NCBI GenBank assembly: GCA_036679605.1
Contig: JAZDCZ010000011.1
Location: forward strand, 1-64,000
Reading direction: 5' to 3'
Source of the DNA: Gemmatimonadota bacterium
GTDB lineage: Bacteria > Gemmatimonadota > Gemmatimonadetes > Gemmatimonadales > GWC2-71-9
DNA length: 64,000 nucleotides
Below, piece after piece: positions 18,217-28,211 of this stretch. The notes under the pieces were generated by a model. That model made no database searches, was not told where the DNA came from, and saw nothing but the letters and a program-made list of their open reading frames with translations. A program made the translations under genes and the position numbers. The first letter of the stretch is position 1, and the number at the start of each line of letters is the position of its first letter.

Positions 18217-20874
18217 CTACTCGATCCGTAGCGCCGTCAAGGGATTCACCCGCGCCGCCCGCCCGGCCGGAATCCACGTGGCGAGCGCCGCCACCCCTAC
18301 GAGCACCGCAACCACGCCGAGATAGACCGTAGGATCGGTTGCCGTGACACCGAACAATAGACTTCGCAGCAACCGCATCGTGGCGAAGGCACCGAGCAAT
18401 CCGATAGCCAAACCAATCATCACTGCTGCCATCCCTGATCGCATCGTTGCACGAACAACGTCGCGTGCGTTGGCGCCCAGTGCCATTCGCACTCCAATCT
18501 CGTGTGTACGCTGGCTCACGACGTAAGCCAACACGCCGTACACGCCAACCGCCCCCAGCACCAGGGCCAGCAGCGCGAATGCGGAAAATAGCAGCGTTGA
18601 AAATTGAGCCTCTGTCATCGAGCGGGCAATCACCGCATCCATGTTTGATGCCCTCGAAATGGCCACGTTGGGATCGACAGACCAAATAGCATCCATCACC
18701 GCGTTCGTGACCTCGATGCCGGGGTCCGCTCGAATCATTACATACATCGCTGTGGACCACGAGTCCTGAGCGTAAGGGAGGAACAATTCCTCGCGGTCGG
18801 GGACAGACAGGGCATTCTGGTGCACGTCACCCACGACTCCCACCACCCTAAACCAGGGGCTCCCGTCGTCATACACGACTTGCTTGCCCACGGCTTCTCC
18901 GTCCGGCGACAGCTTGCTTGCCAAGGCCTCATTGATCAATCCCACAAGGGGATCGGTCGCTCCGTCCGTCCATTCGAGCTGCCTTCCGGACAAGAGCGGA
19001 ATCCGCATCGCCGACATATAGCCCGGCGTGACCTGACGATAGCTCGCATAGAAACGCGGCGCGTCCTCGGCCATCGGACTTCCGTCGGGAGAGATACTTA
19101 CGGCCGAGCTGCTCTGCGTAAGGGGTAAGAGCTGGATGGCGCCGGTCGCGAGGACGCCGGGTACGGATTCGATGCTCCCTTCGATGCGTTCGAAATACAG
19201 ACGGCGCGCCTGTTCGGTGTCATAACGATCCGGCGAGAGAGCGACGCGCATCGTCGACAGCCCCTCTACCTTGAAGCCCGGATCCACATTGTTGAGTCGC
19301 CAGAAGCTCTTCACCAGTAGACCGGCGGCAACGACCAACACGACGCACAGTGCAATCTCCGCCGCAACCAGCATGGAGTTTAGGCGAAGCCGCTTCTGCC
19401 CGGCCGTCGCCGCTCTCGCACCGTCTCGCAGAGTGAGTCCGAGCGAGTGCGAGGCACGCCACGCTGGCAGCAACCCACACGTGATCCCCGTCAGAACCGA
19501 CAGTCCCAGGGCGAAGAGCAGTACTGTGACGTCCACGTTGACGTCTCCTACGCTGGTGATAGTGGCCGGCAGGTGGGCGACCATGATTGACATGCTGCCC
19601 CACGTGACCGCGAGTCCCAGCGTTCCACCCAACAAACCCAATAGCGTGGTCTCGGTGAGAGATTGCCGCATGATCCGAAATCGTCCCGCGCCAAGCGCCG
19701 TGCGAATGGCCATCTCTCGCTGTCGCGTTCCCGATCGGGCCAGAAGAAGATTCACCACGTTGGCGCATGCGATAAGCAGAACAACGCCTACAGAGGCGAA
19801 TAGGAGCCACAGTGTTCTCCCCAATTTGCCAACACGAACCTCGTGGTACCTCTTCACATCCGTTGCGGCGACCATCTCCGGTCGGAAGACAGCATCCGAT
19901 CCAGCACTGAGTCGTCGGACGACACTCCGAAGCTCCGTCCGTGCAGCATTGACGAGCACTCCGGGTCGAAGTCTCCCAATCAAACGGAACCGCGCGTGGC
20001 TGCGATAATTGTGATCGTCGGCCGGGTCGACGACGGCAGGAACGTAAATGTCCGTGACTGAGCGAAACGGCTTGTACCCGCGAGGCATCACGCCAACGAT
20101 GGTCCTGGCCGAGGCATTCTCCCCACCAATTGGCACGGTTCGGCCTATGATGTCGGGCTCGCCGCCAAATCGCCGCTGCCAGAACTCGTAGCTCAGAATT
20201 ACGATGGGAGGAGCAGCCGGAGCCTCGTCTTCCGTCACAAACCGACGCCCCAATACCGGCTGAACGCCAAACACGTCGAAATGCTCGACCCCGACCACAT
20301 AGCCGTAGAATTCGTTGGACGCTCCACTCGCCGTCAGCGTGAACGCTTCACGTGCAGATGCGGCCTGAGCGGTGTAGGAGGAGGCTGAGCGCAGAGCCAC
20401 CACTTGCCCGGGCGCAAACACCCGCTCGGGAGAGAGCGTCACGATCCGATGAGACTCGGGAAACGGGAGTGGGCGCAACAGCACGGCATTGAGCACGCTG
20501 AAAAGTGCGACGTTTGCTCCGACGCCCAAGGCGATTGTCACGAGGGCCACGGCAGCGAAACCGGGACTCCGCTGCAAACCGCGAAACGCGTACCGGAGAT
20601 CCTGTAAGCCAGACGCGAGCATGTCGCCAAGACTGAGACGAGCTGACCAGCGGGGAAGTGGCGTCATCCCTCCACGAGGTAGAAGTCTCTCCGCGAAGAG
20701 CCGGGTCGGGAATGCCACTGCTTGGCACCAGTACCACACCAGTGCGCGGAAACCGCCAGCGTGCGCCCTCCGGACTGCAAACAGCTCGTCCAACTCAGCC
20801 AGGATATGGGATCGGGCTCGGCGAGGAAGCAACACTCCCGCCAACCACCGTGCGATGCGAGGGGCCGATCGCAT
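18217..20874 (-). CDS. ADOP-type permease, copy 5
   Basis: QDLRYAFRGLQRSPGF, REMAIRTALGA, EIGVRMALGA. Confidence 0.92.
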   Translation of the reverse strand: MRSAPRIARWLAGVLLPRRARSHILAELDELFAVRRAHAGGFRALVWYWCQAVAFPTRLFAERLLPRGGMTPLPRWSARLSLGDMLASGLQDLRYAFRGLQRSPGFAAVALVTIALGVGANVALFSVLNAVLLRPLPFPESHRIVTLSPERVFAPGQVVALRSASSYTAQAASAREAFTLTASGASNEFYGYVVGVEHFDVFGVQPVLGRRFVTEDEAPAAPPIVILSYEFWQRRFGGEPDIIGRTVPIGGENASARTIVGVMPRGYKPFRSVTDIYVPAVVDPADDHNYRSHARFRLIGRLRPGVLVNAARTELRSVVRRLSAGSDAVFRPEMVAATDVKRYHEVRVGKLGRTLWLLFASVGVVLLIACANVVNLLLARSGTRQREMAIRTALGAGRFRIMRQSLTETTLLGLLGGTLGLAVTWGSMSIMVAHLPATITSVGDVNVDVTVLLFALGLSVLTGITCGLLPAWRASHSLGLTLRDGARAATAGQKRLRLNSMLVAAEIALCVVLVVAAGLLVKSFWRLNNVDPGFKVEGLSTMRVALSPDRYDTEQARRLYFERIEGSIESVPGVLATGAIQLLPLTQSSSAVSISPDGSPMAEDAPRFYASYRQVTPGYMSAMRIPLLSGRQLEWTDGATDPLVGLINEALASKLSPDGEAVGKQVVYDDGSPWFRVVGVVGDVHQNALSVPDREELFLPYAQDSWSTAMYVMIRADPGIEVTNAVMDAIWSVDPNVAISRASNMDAVIARSMTEAQFSTLLFSAFALLALVLGAVGVYGVLAYVVSQRTHEIGVRMALGANARDVVRATMRSGMAAVMIGLAIGLLGAFATMRLLRSLLFGVTATDPTVYLGVVAVLVGVAALATWIPAGRAARVNPLTALRIE

Positions 20875-20877
20875 GGG

Positions 20878-21204
20878 TTACCGCCCGAACACCGGATCGA
20901 GACCGTCCCATAACCGGTCGAATGCATTCCGCGATTCCTTCAATCGGTCCAACGCCGGTGGCCGGAGCGCGAAGTACCTCCGAGGATGGCTCTCACCCGA
21001 GACGTCGGACTCGACCATACGGGACGCCACCAGCCCCTTCTTCTCCAACCTTCGCAGGGCGATATACACCGCAGCCGGCGCCACCGACCGACCCGTGCAC
21101 TTCTCCAACTCGAGCACCATGGGAACGCTATAGGATTCCTTTCCTAACCGAAGGATCGTCAGGAGCACCTGATGCTCGAATTCGCCCAATGATTCTCGTG
21201 CCAT
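20878..21204 (-). CDS. PadR-family regulator 5 (GEFE subtype)
   Basis: MARESLGEFEHQVLLTIL...AVYIALRRLEKKGLV...PRRYF. Confidence 0.92.
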   Translation of the reverse strand: MARESLGEFEHQVLLTILRLGKESYSVPMVLELEKCTGRSVAPAAVYIALRRLEKKGLVASRMVESDVSGESHPRRYFALRPPALDRLKESRNAFDRLWDGLDPVFGR

Positions 21205-21224
21205 GGATTCCGCCCGATGATGAT

Positions 21225-21272
21225 TAGCAATGCTAGTCAATATAGTCCCGGGGATTATCAATAGCAATGCTA
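21225..21272. promoter_or_regulatory. Candidate operator of PadR5 (two identical palindromes)
   Basis: TAGCAATGCTA at 21225-21235 and 21262-21272. Confidence 0.7.
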
Positions 21273-21451
21273 GTTATGGGCGCTCGTCGACGCAGGGACA
21301 ATGGTGATGTTACCGGGCAATCAACCCGCCACAGCAAATAACACTCGAGGCAAGGGGGCGAGGTTAGGCTGGCGCGGTTCGGACAGTCCGTAACACCAAT
21401 TGCCGTAGGTGCTTAGATGAACTACTTGCCTACTGCCCCACTGCACCATAT

Positions 21452-21485
21452 TATTCGCTTTACGCGTATACGTGTAAAGCGAGTA
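21452..21485. promoter_or_regulatory. Candidate operator of PadR6
   Basis: 34-bp palindrome TATTCGCTTTACGCGTATACGTGTAAAGCGAGTA with 2 mismatched pairs, just upstream of the RBS. Confidence 0.7.
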
Positions 21486-21499
21486 GCCTGAGGGGGATC

Positions 21500-21865
21500 A
21501 TGCAAGCGAAACAAGATGAGCCTAACGTAAACAGAGTGGCGCCCATGACTCCCGTCGCGTTTGAGATCCTGTTGGCTTTGGCAGACGAACAGCGCCACGG
21601 TTACGCCGTGATGCGGCAGATCGAGGACCGTACTGGAGGTAAGATGAGTGTCCATCCGGGGACGCTCTACCGGACAATAAGTCGGCTTGTCGACGAGGAG
21701 CTAATTGATGAGCTTGACGAGCGGCAGGATCCCCGCATGGACGACCAGCGACGGCGCTACTATGCCATCACGTCGTTGGGACGCCAGGTCGCCATTGCTG
21801 AATTGAGTCGTCTGGAGAGCCAGGTAGGGGCCGCGAGGGCGAAGCTCCTGGGTCGGGTAAGTTGA
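21500..21865 (+). CDS. PadR-family regulator 6 (PxTP subtype), divergent from PadR5
   Basis: PMTPVAFEILLALADEQRHGYAVM...PGTLYRTISRL...DQRRRYYAIT. Confidence 0.93.
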   Translation: MQAKQDEPNVNRVAPMTPVAFEILLALADEQRHGYAVMRQIEDRTGGKMSVHPGTLYRTISRLVDEELIDELDERQDPRMDDQRRRYYAITSLGRQVAIAELSRLESQVGAARAKLLGRVS

Positions 21866-24579
21866 AACGCGCCCGGAACTCGGACTTTGCGGCGCGGTTG
21901 TACGCGGTACTACTCCGGGCCTACCCTAGAGGTTTTCGTCTTCGCTACGGCAGGCAAATGACACAACTGTTTCGCGACAAATACCGCGACGCAGGGCGGA
22001 ACGGCGGTGGGTTGTCGATCACGCGTCTTTGGTTTGAGACGCTCCTCGATGTGGCGGTGAACGCGACGGGCGAAAGGGCGATTTGGTTTTCTCGCGGTCT
22101 GTTGCAAAGACGTAGACGTCATGGACCGCGAAGGCGTGAATCTTTTGGTTCGATCCCGCGATCTCCGCTTACTAGTTTTCGTCTGCAAGAAGTACGATAT
22201 GCACTGCGATCTCTGAGAAGAAGGCCAACTGTCACGCTAGCGGCGGTCTTGTCCCTCGCGCTGGGAATCGCTGCCACTACTGCGATCTTCAGCATCATTC
22301 ACGGAGTACTCATTAGTTCCCTCCCGTACAAGGACTCTGATCGTTTGGTGTTCCTCCGCGAGTACGATATCGAACGCGGCTTGCCTAAGAGCAGCGATCG
22401 TGCCGGTGTATCGGTTCCAAATCTACTTGATTGGAGGGACCAAAACCGAGTTTTCGAGAGTGTTGCCGCAGTCGGTGCTGGAACCTATCTGCTATTGGGC
22501 GATGGCGAACCCGAACGGCTTTCCGCTGCACCCGTTTCGGGCAACGTCTTTCAGTTGCTTGGCGTCGACGCGGCACTGGGACGCACCTTCACGAGTGATG
22601 AAGGTTCGCCCGGTGGCGAACGTGTCGTAGTGCTGAGTGACGGTCTCTGGAAGCGCAGGTTCGGTGCGGACGAAACGGTCCTTGGGAAAACGGTATCGCT
22701 GGACGGGGATCCCTTCGTCGTGATAGGAGTCATGCCGCCCGCATTCCAATACCCCGGATATAGCGAGCTTTGGATACCACTCCACTATGCTCCCCACACG
22801 CTCTGGCAGAGGCGCGGGGTGCGTGCTTTCGCTGGCCTGGCGCGACTCGATAAGGATGTTTCGCTGGAGCAGGCCCAAGGGGAAATGGATCTCATCGCTG
22901 CCAGGCTGGAGCTACAGTATCCTGAAGCCAACGCGAATAGAAAGATCCAAGTGCTACCCATGAAGGAGCGGATAGTGGCTGGTATTCGTCCGACGCTCCT
23001 CGTGCTGTTCGGTGCGGGAGCTTTTCTGTTGCTCATCGCATGCGTCAACGTTGTCAACCTACTCCTTGCGCGTGCCTCCGACCGCAGGACCGAGATGGCA
23101 GTGCGGGCTGCGCTGGGTGCGGGGCGCCGCCATCTCATTCAACAGGCGCTGATGGAGAGCATTATCCTGTCTTTGCTCGGTGGAGCCGTCGGCCTGCTGT
23201 TTGCAAGTTGGGGTATGGATGCGATCGTGGCTCATAGCCCTGACGCAATTCCCCGCATCGACGAAGTGAGTCTCAATTCCAGCGTTCTTGGCTTCACAAC
23301 ATTAATCTCGCTTGGAACGGGTGTGCTTATTGGATCACTTCCAGCCCTCCGCTTTTCGCGGAGCAATATTGTCGAGTGCATCGGTAACCAATCTAGGGTG
23401 ATGGGGAGACAAGGCCGCAGGTTACACGACATGCTGGTAGTGTCGGAGATGGCTTTGGCCCTCGTTCTGTTGATTGGCGCGGGGCTCTTCGTGCGGAGTT
23501 TCTTCTACCTGTGGCAATTCGAGTCTGGGTTTGAATCCCAGAACGTGTTGGCGATTGAAATCTCGTTGAATTCGAAGACGTACCCTGGCGCTGAGGAGCG
23601 TGAAGCGTTTTTTGAGGAACTGTTCGAGCGACTCGTGAGCCGTTCGCGAGTGGAAAGGGCAGGGAGCATCAATCGGATACCGGTTGATGCGGGCGATATT
23701 ACTTGGTCCATCGTCCCAGCACAAAATGGTGCGTCGTCGGGACGCAGTGAGCCGTTGGATGTGCGATATCGAACCGTGAGAGGCGATTACTTCGGTACGT
23801 TGCAAATACCGCTGGTGGCTGGTCGTGTGTTCACATCCGGCGACAAGAATCACGTCTTAGTAAACGACCGTGTCGTGCAAATCCTTTGGTCGGGTCGGAA
23901 TCCTGTGGGAAAGCGTATCAAGCTGGGTCGAGCGGGAGACGACAACCCGTGGCTGGAGGTGGTGGGTGTAGTGGGCAGTGTGCGACATGGTGGCTTGGAC
24001 CCAGAGCCAAAGCCGGAGATCTATGTACCCGGCAACCCAGGGTTCGGGTACGTTGTAGTGCGCGCTTCGGGTGATCCCTTGGAGATCGTGGGCGATGTCA
24101 AGGAGGAAATCTGGCGACTCGATGCCGATCAGCCAATCACGTCAATAAAATCCATGGACCGCATGATCTCAGGGTCTATTGCACGACCTCGGTTTTTCAT
24201 GTGGTTGTTCACAGTTTTTGGTGCGGTCGCTCTGATCCTAGCGGCAGTCGGTGTTTTTGGTGTCGCTTCGTACTCCGTAAGCCAGCGCACGCGCGAGATC
24301 GGGGTTCGCATGGCATTGGGTGCCCGTCGCGTTGCGGTGGTGCGCCTGATACTCCTACCCGGGCTCATGCTTGCCGGGTTGGGAGCGGTGATCGGCATGG
24401 CATCGGCGTTCACGCTCCGCCGGCTGGTCGCGGGATTGATGTACGGTGTGACATCCTCGGACGTCGCCACGTTTGGGAGTGCAGCAGTGATACTGATCCT
24501 CGTGGCGTTGGTGGCGTTCTGTGTTCTGACTTTGAGGGCAACGCGTGTTGACCCGCTGATAGTGCTGAGAGCCGAGTGA
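21862..24579 (+). CDS. ADOP-type permease, copy 6
   Basis: QEVRYALRSLRRRP, LLIACVNVVNLLLAR, REIGVRMALGA; TTG start overlaps the PadR stop. Confidence 0.92.
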   Translation: MKRARNSDFAARLYAVLLRAYPRGFRLRYGRQMTQLFRDKYRDAGRNGGGLSITRLWFETLLDVAVNATGERAIWFSRGLLQRRRRHGPRRRESFGSIPRSPLTSFRLQEVRYALRSLRRRPTVTLAAVLSLALGIAATTAIFSIIHGVLISSLPYKDSDRLVFLREYDIERGLPKSSDRAGVSVPNLLDWRDQNRVFESVAAVGAGTYLLLGDGEPERLSAAPVSGNVFQLLGVDAALGRTFTSDEGSPGGERVVVLSDGLWKRRFGADETVLGKTVSLDGDPFVVIGVMPPAFQYPGYSELWIPLHYAPHTLWQRRGVRAFAGLARLDKDVSLEQAQGEMDLIAARLELQYPEANANRKIQVLPMKERIVAGIRPTLLVLFGAGAFLLLIACVNVVNLLLARASDRRTEMAVRAALGAGRRHLIQQALMESIILSLLGGAVGLLFASWGMDAIVAHSPDAIPRIDEVSLNSSVLGFTTLISLGTGVLIGSLPALRFSRSNIVECIGNQSRVMGRQGRRLHDMLVVSEMALALVLLIGAGLFVRSFFYLWQFESGFESQNVLAIEISLNSKTYPGAEEREAFFEELFERLVSRSRVERAGSINRIPVDAGDITWSIVPAQNGASSGRSEPLDVRYRTVRGDYFGTLQIPLVAGRVFTSGDKNHVLVNDRVVQILWSGRNPVGKRIKLGRAGDDNPWLEVVGVVGSVRHGGLDPEPKPEIYVPGNPGFGYVVVRASGDPLEIVGDVKEEIWRLDADQPITSIKSMDRMISGSIARPRFFMWLFTVFGAVALILAAVGVFGVASYSVSQRTREIGVRMALGARRVAVVRLILLPGLMLAGLGAVIGMASAFTLRRLVAGLMYGVTSSDVATFGSAAVILILVALVAFCVLTLRATRVDPLIVLRAE

Positions 24580-24904
24580 CAGCGTCCCTGCTCACGGATT
24601 TACTCGCACAGAAAAGTCTCTGAGAGTGTTCACTCCGAAGGCCATGAGTGCATTAGTCAGAAATGCAAGAGATACCCAGTTGCAGAAGGGCGGAGCGGTA
24701 GATAAGCTGTCATTGAGCGGAGACAGGCACGGCCCTCTGGAAAGGGGGTGGCTGAGAATGCCCGCTCTGACCGCATCCCGGGGACAGGTGCCACTTCGTC
24801 TTGTAATCAATCATGTTTGGAATCAGGACCCGTATTGTGCGAACCGCGGCTCCTGCGGTGCGTCTGGCAGCGCACTTGGTTTGGTACACTATTGGAGAAG
24901 CCTT

Positions 24905-26419
24905 ATGAGCATTGCGTGCATCTTCCGCACCCGGGCGAGACTAACCGTAGTGGGTTGCATCTTGGCGGCAGCCTGCGTCGGGAGCTCCATCGAAGGTTCT
25001 AGTAATGAGACCTTGCACCTCGCCCTCGAGCCGTGTCGGCTCCCGGATGTTGGGGAGCCACTCTCATGCGGCGTCCTGGAGGTCTCTGAGAACCGGCGCG
25101 CACAGACGGGGCGGCGCATCGGTATTCATGTGACGGTGGCGCGCGCCACCGGGCCGGCTCCAGTGGGCGACCCGCTCATCCTTTTTTCGGGCGGGCCCGG
25201 ACTGGGGGCTTCCCGCTCAGTCCCGATGGCGCTCACACGCTGGGGCCACGTTCGCCGGAACCGGGATCTCGTGTTCGTCGACCTTCGGGGGACCGGAAAG
25301 TCGCATCCGCTCGGCTGCCGGCTTCCCGGCGACCGGAACGACCCCGGCACGTATCTGAGAAGCATGTTCGAGCCCGATGTTGTCCGCACGTGCCGCGATT
25401 CGTTGGCCACATTCGCGGACCTGGCCATGTACACGACGACCCACATTGCCGCAGACGTAGACGACGTTCGCCGAGCCCTGGGCTACGAAGCCGTCAATGT
25501 TTACGGTGTCTCCTACGGTTCCCTCGTCGCTCAAGAGTATCTGCGACGTCATGGCGAGCATGTTCGCACGGCCATACTTCATGCCCCGGTACCGACCACC
25601 GGCGACCGTCTCTTGCTCATCCCTGAGCTGGATTCGCTCGTTGCTCGTACCGTGTCGGACTGCGTGCGTGCCCCGGCCTGCCTGGCGGCCTATCCCGATG
25701 TCGAAAGCCATCTCGAGCAGCTCACGGGACGTATCGTTCCCGACACCGTGACCGCTGTCATCCCAGACCAGGCCAACGGCGGTGAGAACGTTATCCGGAT
25801 GCCGTATACCTACGTCGCGGAATTGTTGCAAGTGCTCTTGTATTCCGTCGAAGACGCCGCAGATCTACCGGCACTTCTCGGGCTCTTGGCAAACGAGCGC
25901 TTCGCTCCGCTCGTGCCATTAATCGTTCGGATCCGGCGTGGGCTCTATTCGGACCGGATTGCTTGGGGGCTGTATCTGTCTGTCTATTGCGCCGAGATGC
26001 TGCCGTACGAGCGAAGTGACGAAATGTTGGCGCGCGCCCACGGGAGCATTGTTGGAGACGGGGAGATCCGTGAGCTACTGGCAGCTTGCGCCCTTTGGCC
26101 GCGGGCCGAGATTCCCTCAGACTTTCGCGAGCCTGTCGTATCGCCGGTATCGACGCTGATCCTATCGGGAGAGCTGGATCCCGTGACGCCGCCCGTGCTC
26201 GGAGAGAGCATCGCGCAACATCTGTCGAACGTCCGACACTTGGTCATGCGTAACACGGCCCATGAAGTGAGTCGGGATGTGTGGGACACGTGTCTCGATC
26301 GAATTGTAACGCAGTTCATCGAAGAGGCGGACGGGGCTGGGCTCGACGTGGCTTGCACTGCACGTCTGCGTCGACCCCAATTTGCGGGGACGGGCGAGCG
26401 AAACGCGCCCGTCCCGTGA
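24905..26419 (+). CDS. Secreted alpha/beta hydrolase (TAP/tripeptidyl aminopeptidase-like)
   Basis: GGPG, DLRGTGKS, nucleophile GVSYGS, GELDPVTP, catalytic His in NTAH. Confidence 0.88.
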   Translation: MSIACIFRTRARLTVVGCILAAACVGSSIEGSSNETLHLALEPCRLPDVGEPLSCGVLEVSENRRAQTGRRIGIHVTVARATGPAPVGDPLILFSGGPGLGASRSVPMALTRWGHVRRNRDLVFVDLRGTGKSHPLGCRLPGDRNDPGTYLRSMFEPDVVRTCRDSLATFADLAMYTTTHIAADVDDVRRALGYEAVNVYGVSYGSLVAQEYLRRHGEHVRTAILHAPVPTTGDRLLLIPELDSLVARTVSDCVRAPACLAAYPDVESHLEQLTGRIVPDTVTAVIPDQANGGENVIRMPYTYVAELLQVLLYSVEDAADLPALLGLLANERFAPLVPLIVRIRRGLYSDRIAWGLYLSVYCAEMLPYERSDEMLARAHGSIVGDGEIRELLAACALWPRAEIPSDFREPVVSPVSTLILSGELDPVTPPVLGESIAQHLSNVRHLVMRNTAHEVSRDVWDTCLDRIVTQFIEEADGAGLDVACTARLRRPQFAGTGERNAPVP

Positions 26420-26500
26420 CTCGCACTTTTTAGGAGTCATCGGGCGACCGCGGCTCACATGAACAGCCGAGGAATGGAGTGCCTGGCGAGCTTTCTGATC

Positions 26501-26580
26501 ATAAGAGCCGCAACCGAAATCTAGATGGTCGGATTTCTCGGTTGCACGCCGAAGAGTACCGCTTCAATCACCCGTCCATC
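26501..26580 (-). pseudogene. Remnant of a permease 3' end similar to ADOP copy 2
   Basis: 68/80 nt identical to 5341-5420 by manual alignment; a TAC codon has become TAG. Confidence 0.75.
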
Positions 26581-26590
26581 TACAGGCAAG

Positions 26591-27664
26591 TCATTCGTTG
26601 CTCTTCTTGATTCTTACGGTGATCTCTTGGCTCTTGATGATCACCTCGTTTTCGGTCTGAGTTACTGTTACCGGGGCACCGCTGACTTCGACCAGCACAT
26701 CTCCAAGACCGCCCGAATATCTGAGCGTCCCATCGATTTCGTACGTCTGCCGCAACACTCTCAATGTCTTCCGGTAGATCTCGGCCAAAGTCTCCGGATC
26801 CTGTCCGGCCCGAACCTTGACCGCGAAGTTCTTGTTGCCGTCGCGCTCTACCCGCAACAGAACCTCGTCGCCGGGCTTGACCGCACCGAACCGTACGCCC
26901 GCTGCAGTAGAGGTGATGTCGTGACGGTCGATGCGCATTAGGCGATCTCCGGCTCTTAGCCCTGCTCGATCGGCCGGCCCACCGGGTTCCACTTGGTCGA
27001 TAACTACGGGACCTGAGAATCGCCACACGACTGAGGCATCCGGCTGAGTAGAGATCGTACAGTCGGAGCAACTCAAGCTCAGTCCGAGCCAACCGCGTTG
27101 AGACCACCGAGGCGTCGGTGGCACGGTCGGCAATGCGCGAGCCTGGGCTTGCGGCCTGGACGTGGGTACAACGCGGGGCCGGGGCCAATACTCCCATTGC
27201 CCCTCGCGGACCGCTCGTCCATTGCACGCGTCCCAGGGAACGATCGTTATGGTGTCCACATCCGCATTGCGCCCACCGCGCCTGATCCCCAACTCGACGG
27301 GCACACCGGGCTTGATTCGCGAAAACCGGCGGGCACCCTCGCTAGTGGTGATGAGATATCCGTCCACGAGCACTATTTGATTGCCTGCCCGGACGAATCC
27401 ATCTGCGGGCCCTTCATCATCCACTCCCAATACGATCGGTTCGGAACGGAACTGCCACTGACTATCACCCGGACCTTCTCGATCGGTGTAAATCGTACAA
27501 TCAGTACAACTGATGCCGCGGAGTCCCAGTGCACTGACCACCCCATCACCGGCGCAACTCTTGCGGCTGCTGATCCCTACCTGTGCTTGGAGTGCTAATG
27601 CGGTTGCGACGGCGAGCACACAGGTCAACGAAAAAGTGTGCTTGACATTTGAGTTGATAGTCAT
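26591..27664 (-). CDS. Secreted protein with two PDZ domains
   Basis: Two repeats of G(I/L)..SCxDCTI...WxF..P....V...GPA....RAG; signal peptide. Confidence 0.85.
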   Translation of the reverse strand: MTINSNVKHTFSLTCVLAVATALALQAQVGISSRKSCAGDGVVSALGLRGISCTDCTIYTDREGPGDSQWQFRSEPIVLGVDDEGPADGFVRAGNQIVLVDGYLITTSEGARRFSRIKPGVPVELGIRRGGRNADVDTITIVPWDACNGRAVREGQWEYWPRPRVVPTSRPQAQARALPTVPPTPRWSQRGWLGLSLSCSDCTISTQPDASVVWRFSGPVVIDQVEPGGPADRAGLRAGDRLMRIDRHDITSTAAGVRFGAVKPGDEVLLRVERDGNKNFAVKVRAGQDPETLAEIYRKTLRVLRQTYEIDGTLRYSGGLGDVLVEVSGAPVTVTQTENEVIIKSQEITVRIKKSNE

Positions 27665-27689
27665 CGCGAGTTTAACCTCCCTTACTATC

Positions 27690-28211
27690 TCAGAACCAAA
27701 CCAATGCGGAACGGGTCCGAGACGTATCAGTTGTGTAGAGAATGTTTCTGAGTCTAAGAGACAGCCTGTCTTCGGGTGACAGTCGCACCAGCTCGTTGGC
27801 CGCCGAGGCCAAGACCGATATCCCTGCTTCGCGTCCCTGGTCGAACGCCTGTCTTGAGGTCGAGTCGGAAACCCGTCCTAGCGCATTCAATGCTTGCAGA
27901 TATGCTGATCCAGTCTGCTGAACCAGATACGCGGCTTCGAGCGTGTTCATCTTCTGAGCCGTCAGAAGGGTCTCGTTCATCCCGCGTTGCGTGGTAAACT
28001 GACCCGCCGCAAAACCGGAAACAAAGAGCGTGAGCGCCGCGGCTAGTCCCGCGACAATCCATCCACGCTGAAAACGTGCTGTTGCTATCAGCCCTCTCGC
28101 CCTCAACGCATTAACAGTTCGTTCCTCAAGTAGCCGACTTGGCATGCGATGCCGCGGCAGCGCCTCTAGTTCGGCTCGTTCCTGCTCGCTCATCTCAAAT
28201 TCATTCGGCAT
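27690..28211 (-). CDS. Single-TM putative anti-sigma factor
   Basis: Overlaps the ECF stop; LEERTVNALRARGLI followed by TM IVAGLAAALTLFVSGF. Confidence 0.65.
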   Translation of the reverse strand: MPNEFEMSEQERAELEALPRHRMPSRLLEERTVNALRARGLIATARFQRGWIVAGLAAALTLFVSGFAAGQFTTQRGMNETLLTAQKMNTLEAAYLVQQTGSAYLQALNALGRVSDSTSRQAFDQGREAGISVLASAANELVRLSPEDRLSLRLRNILYTTDTSRTRSALVWF

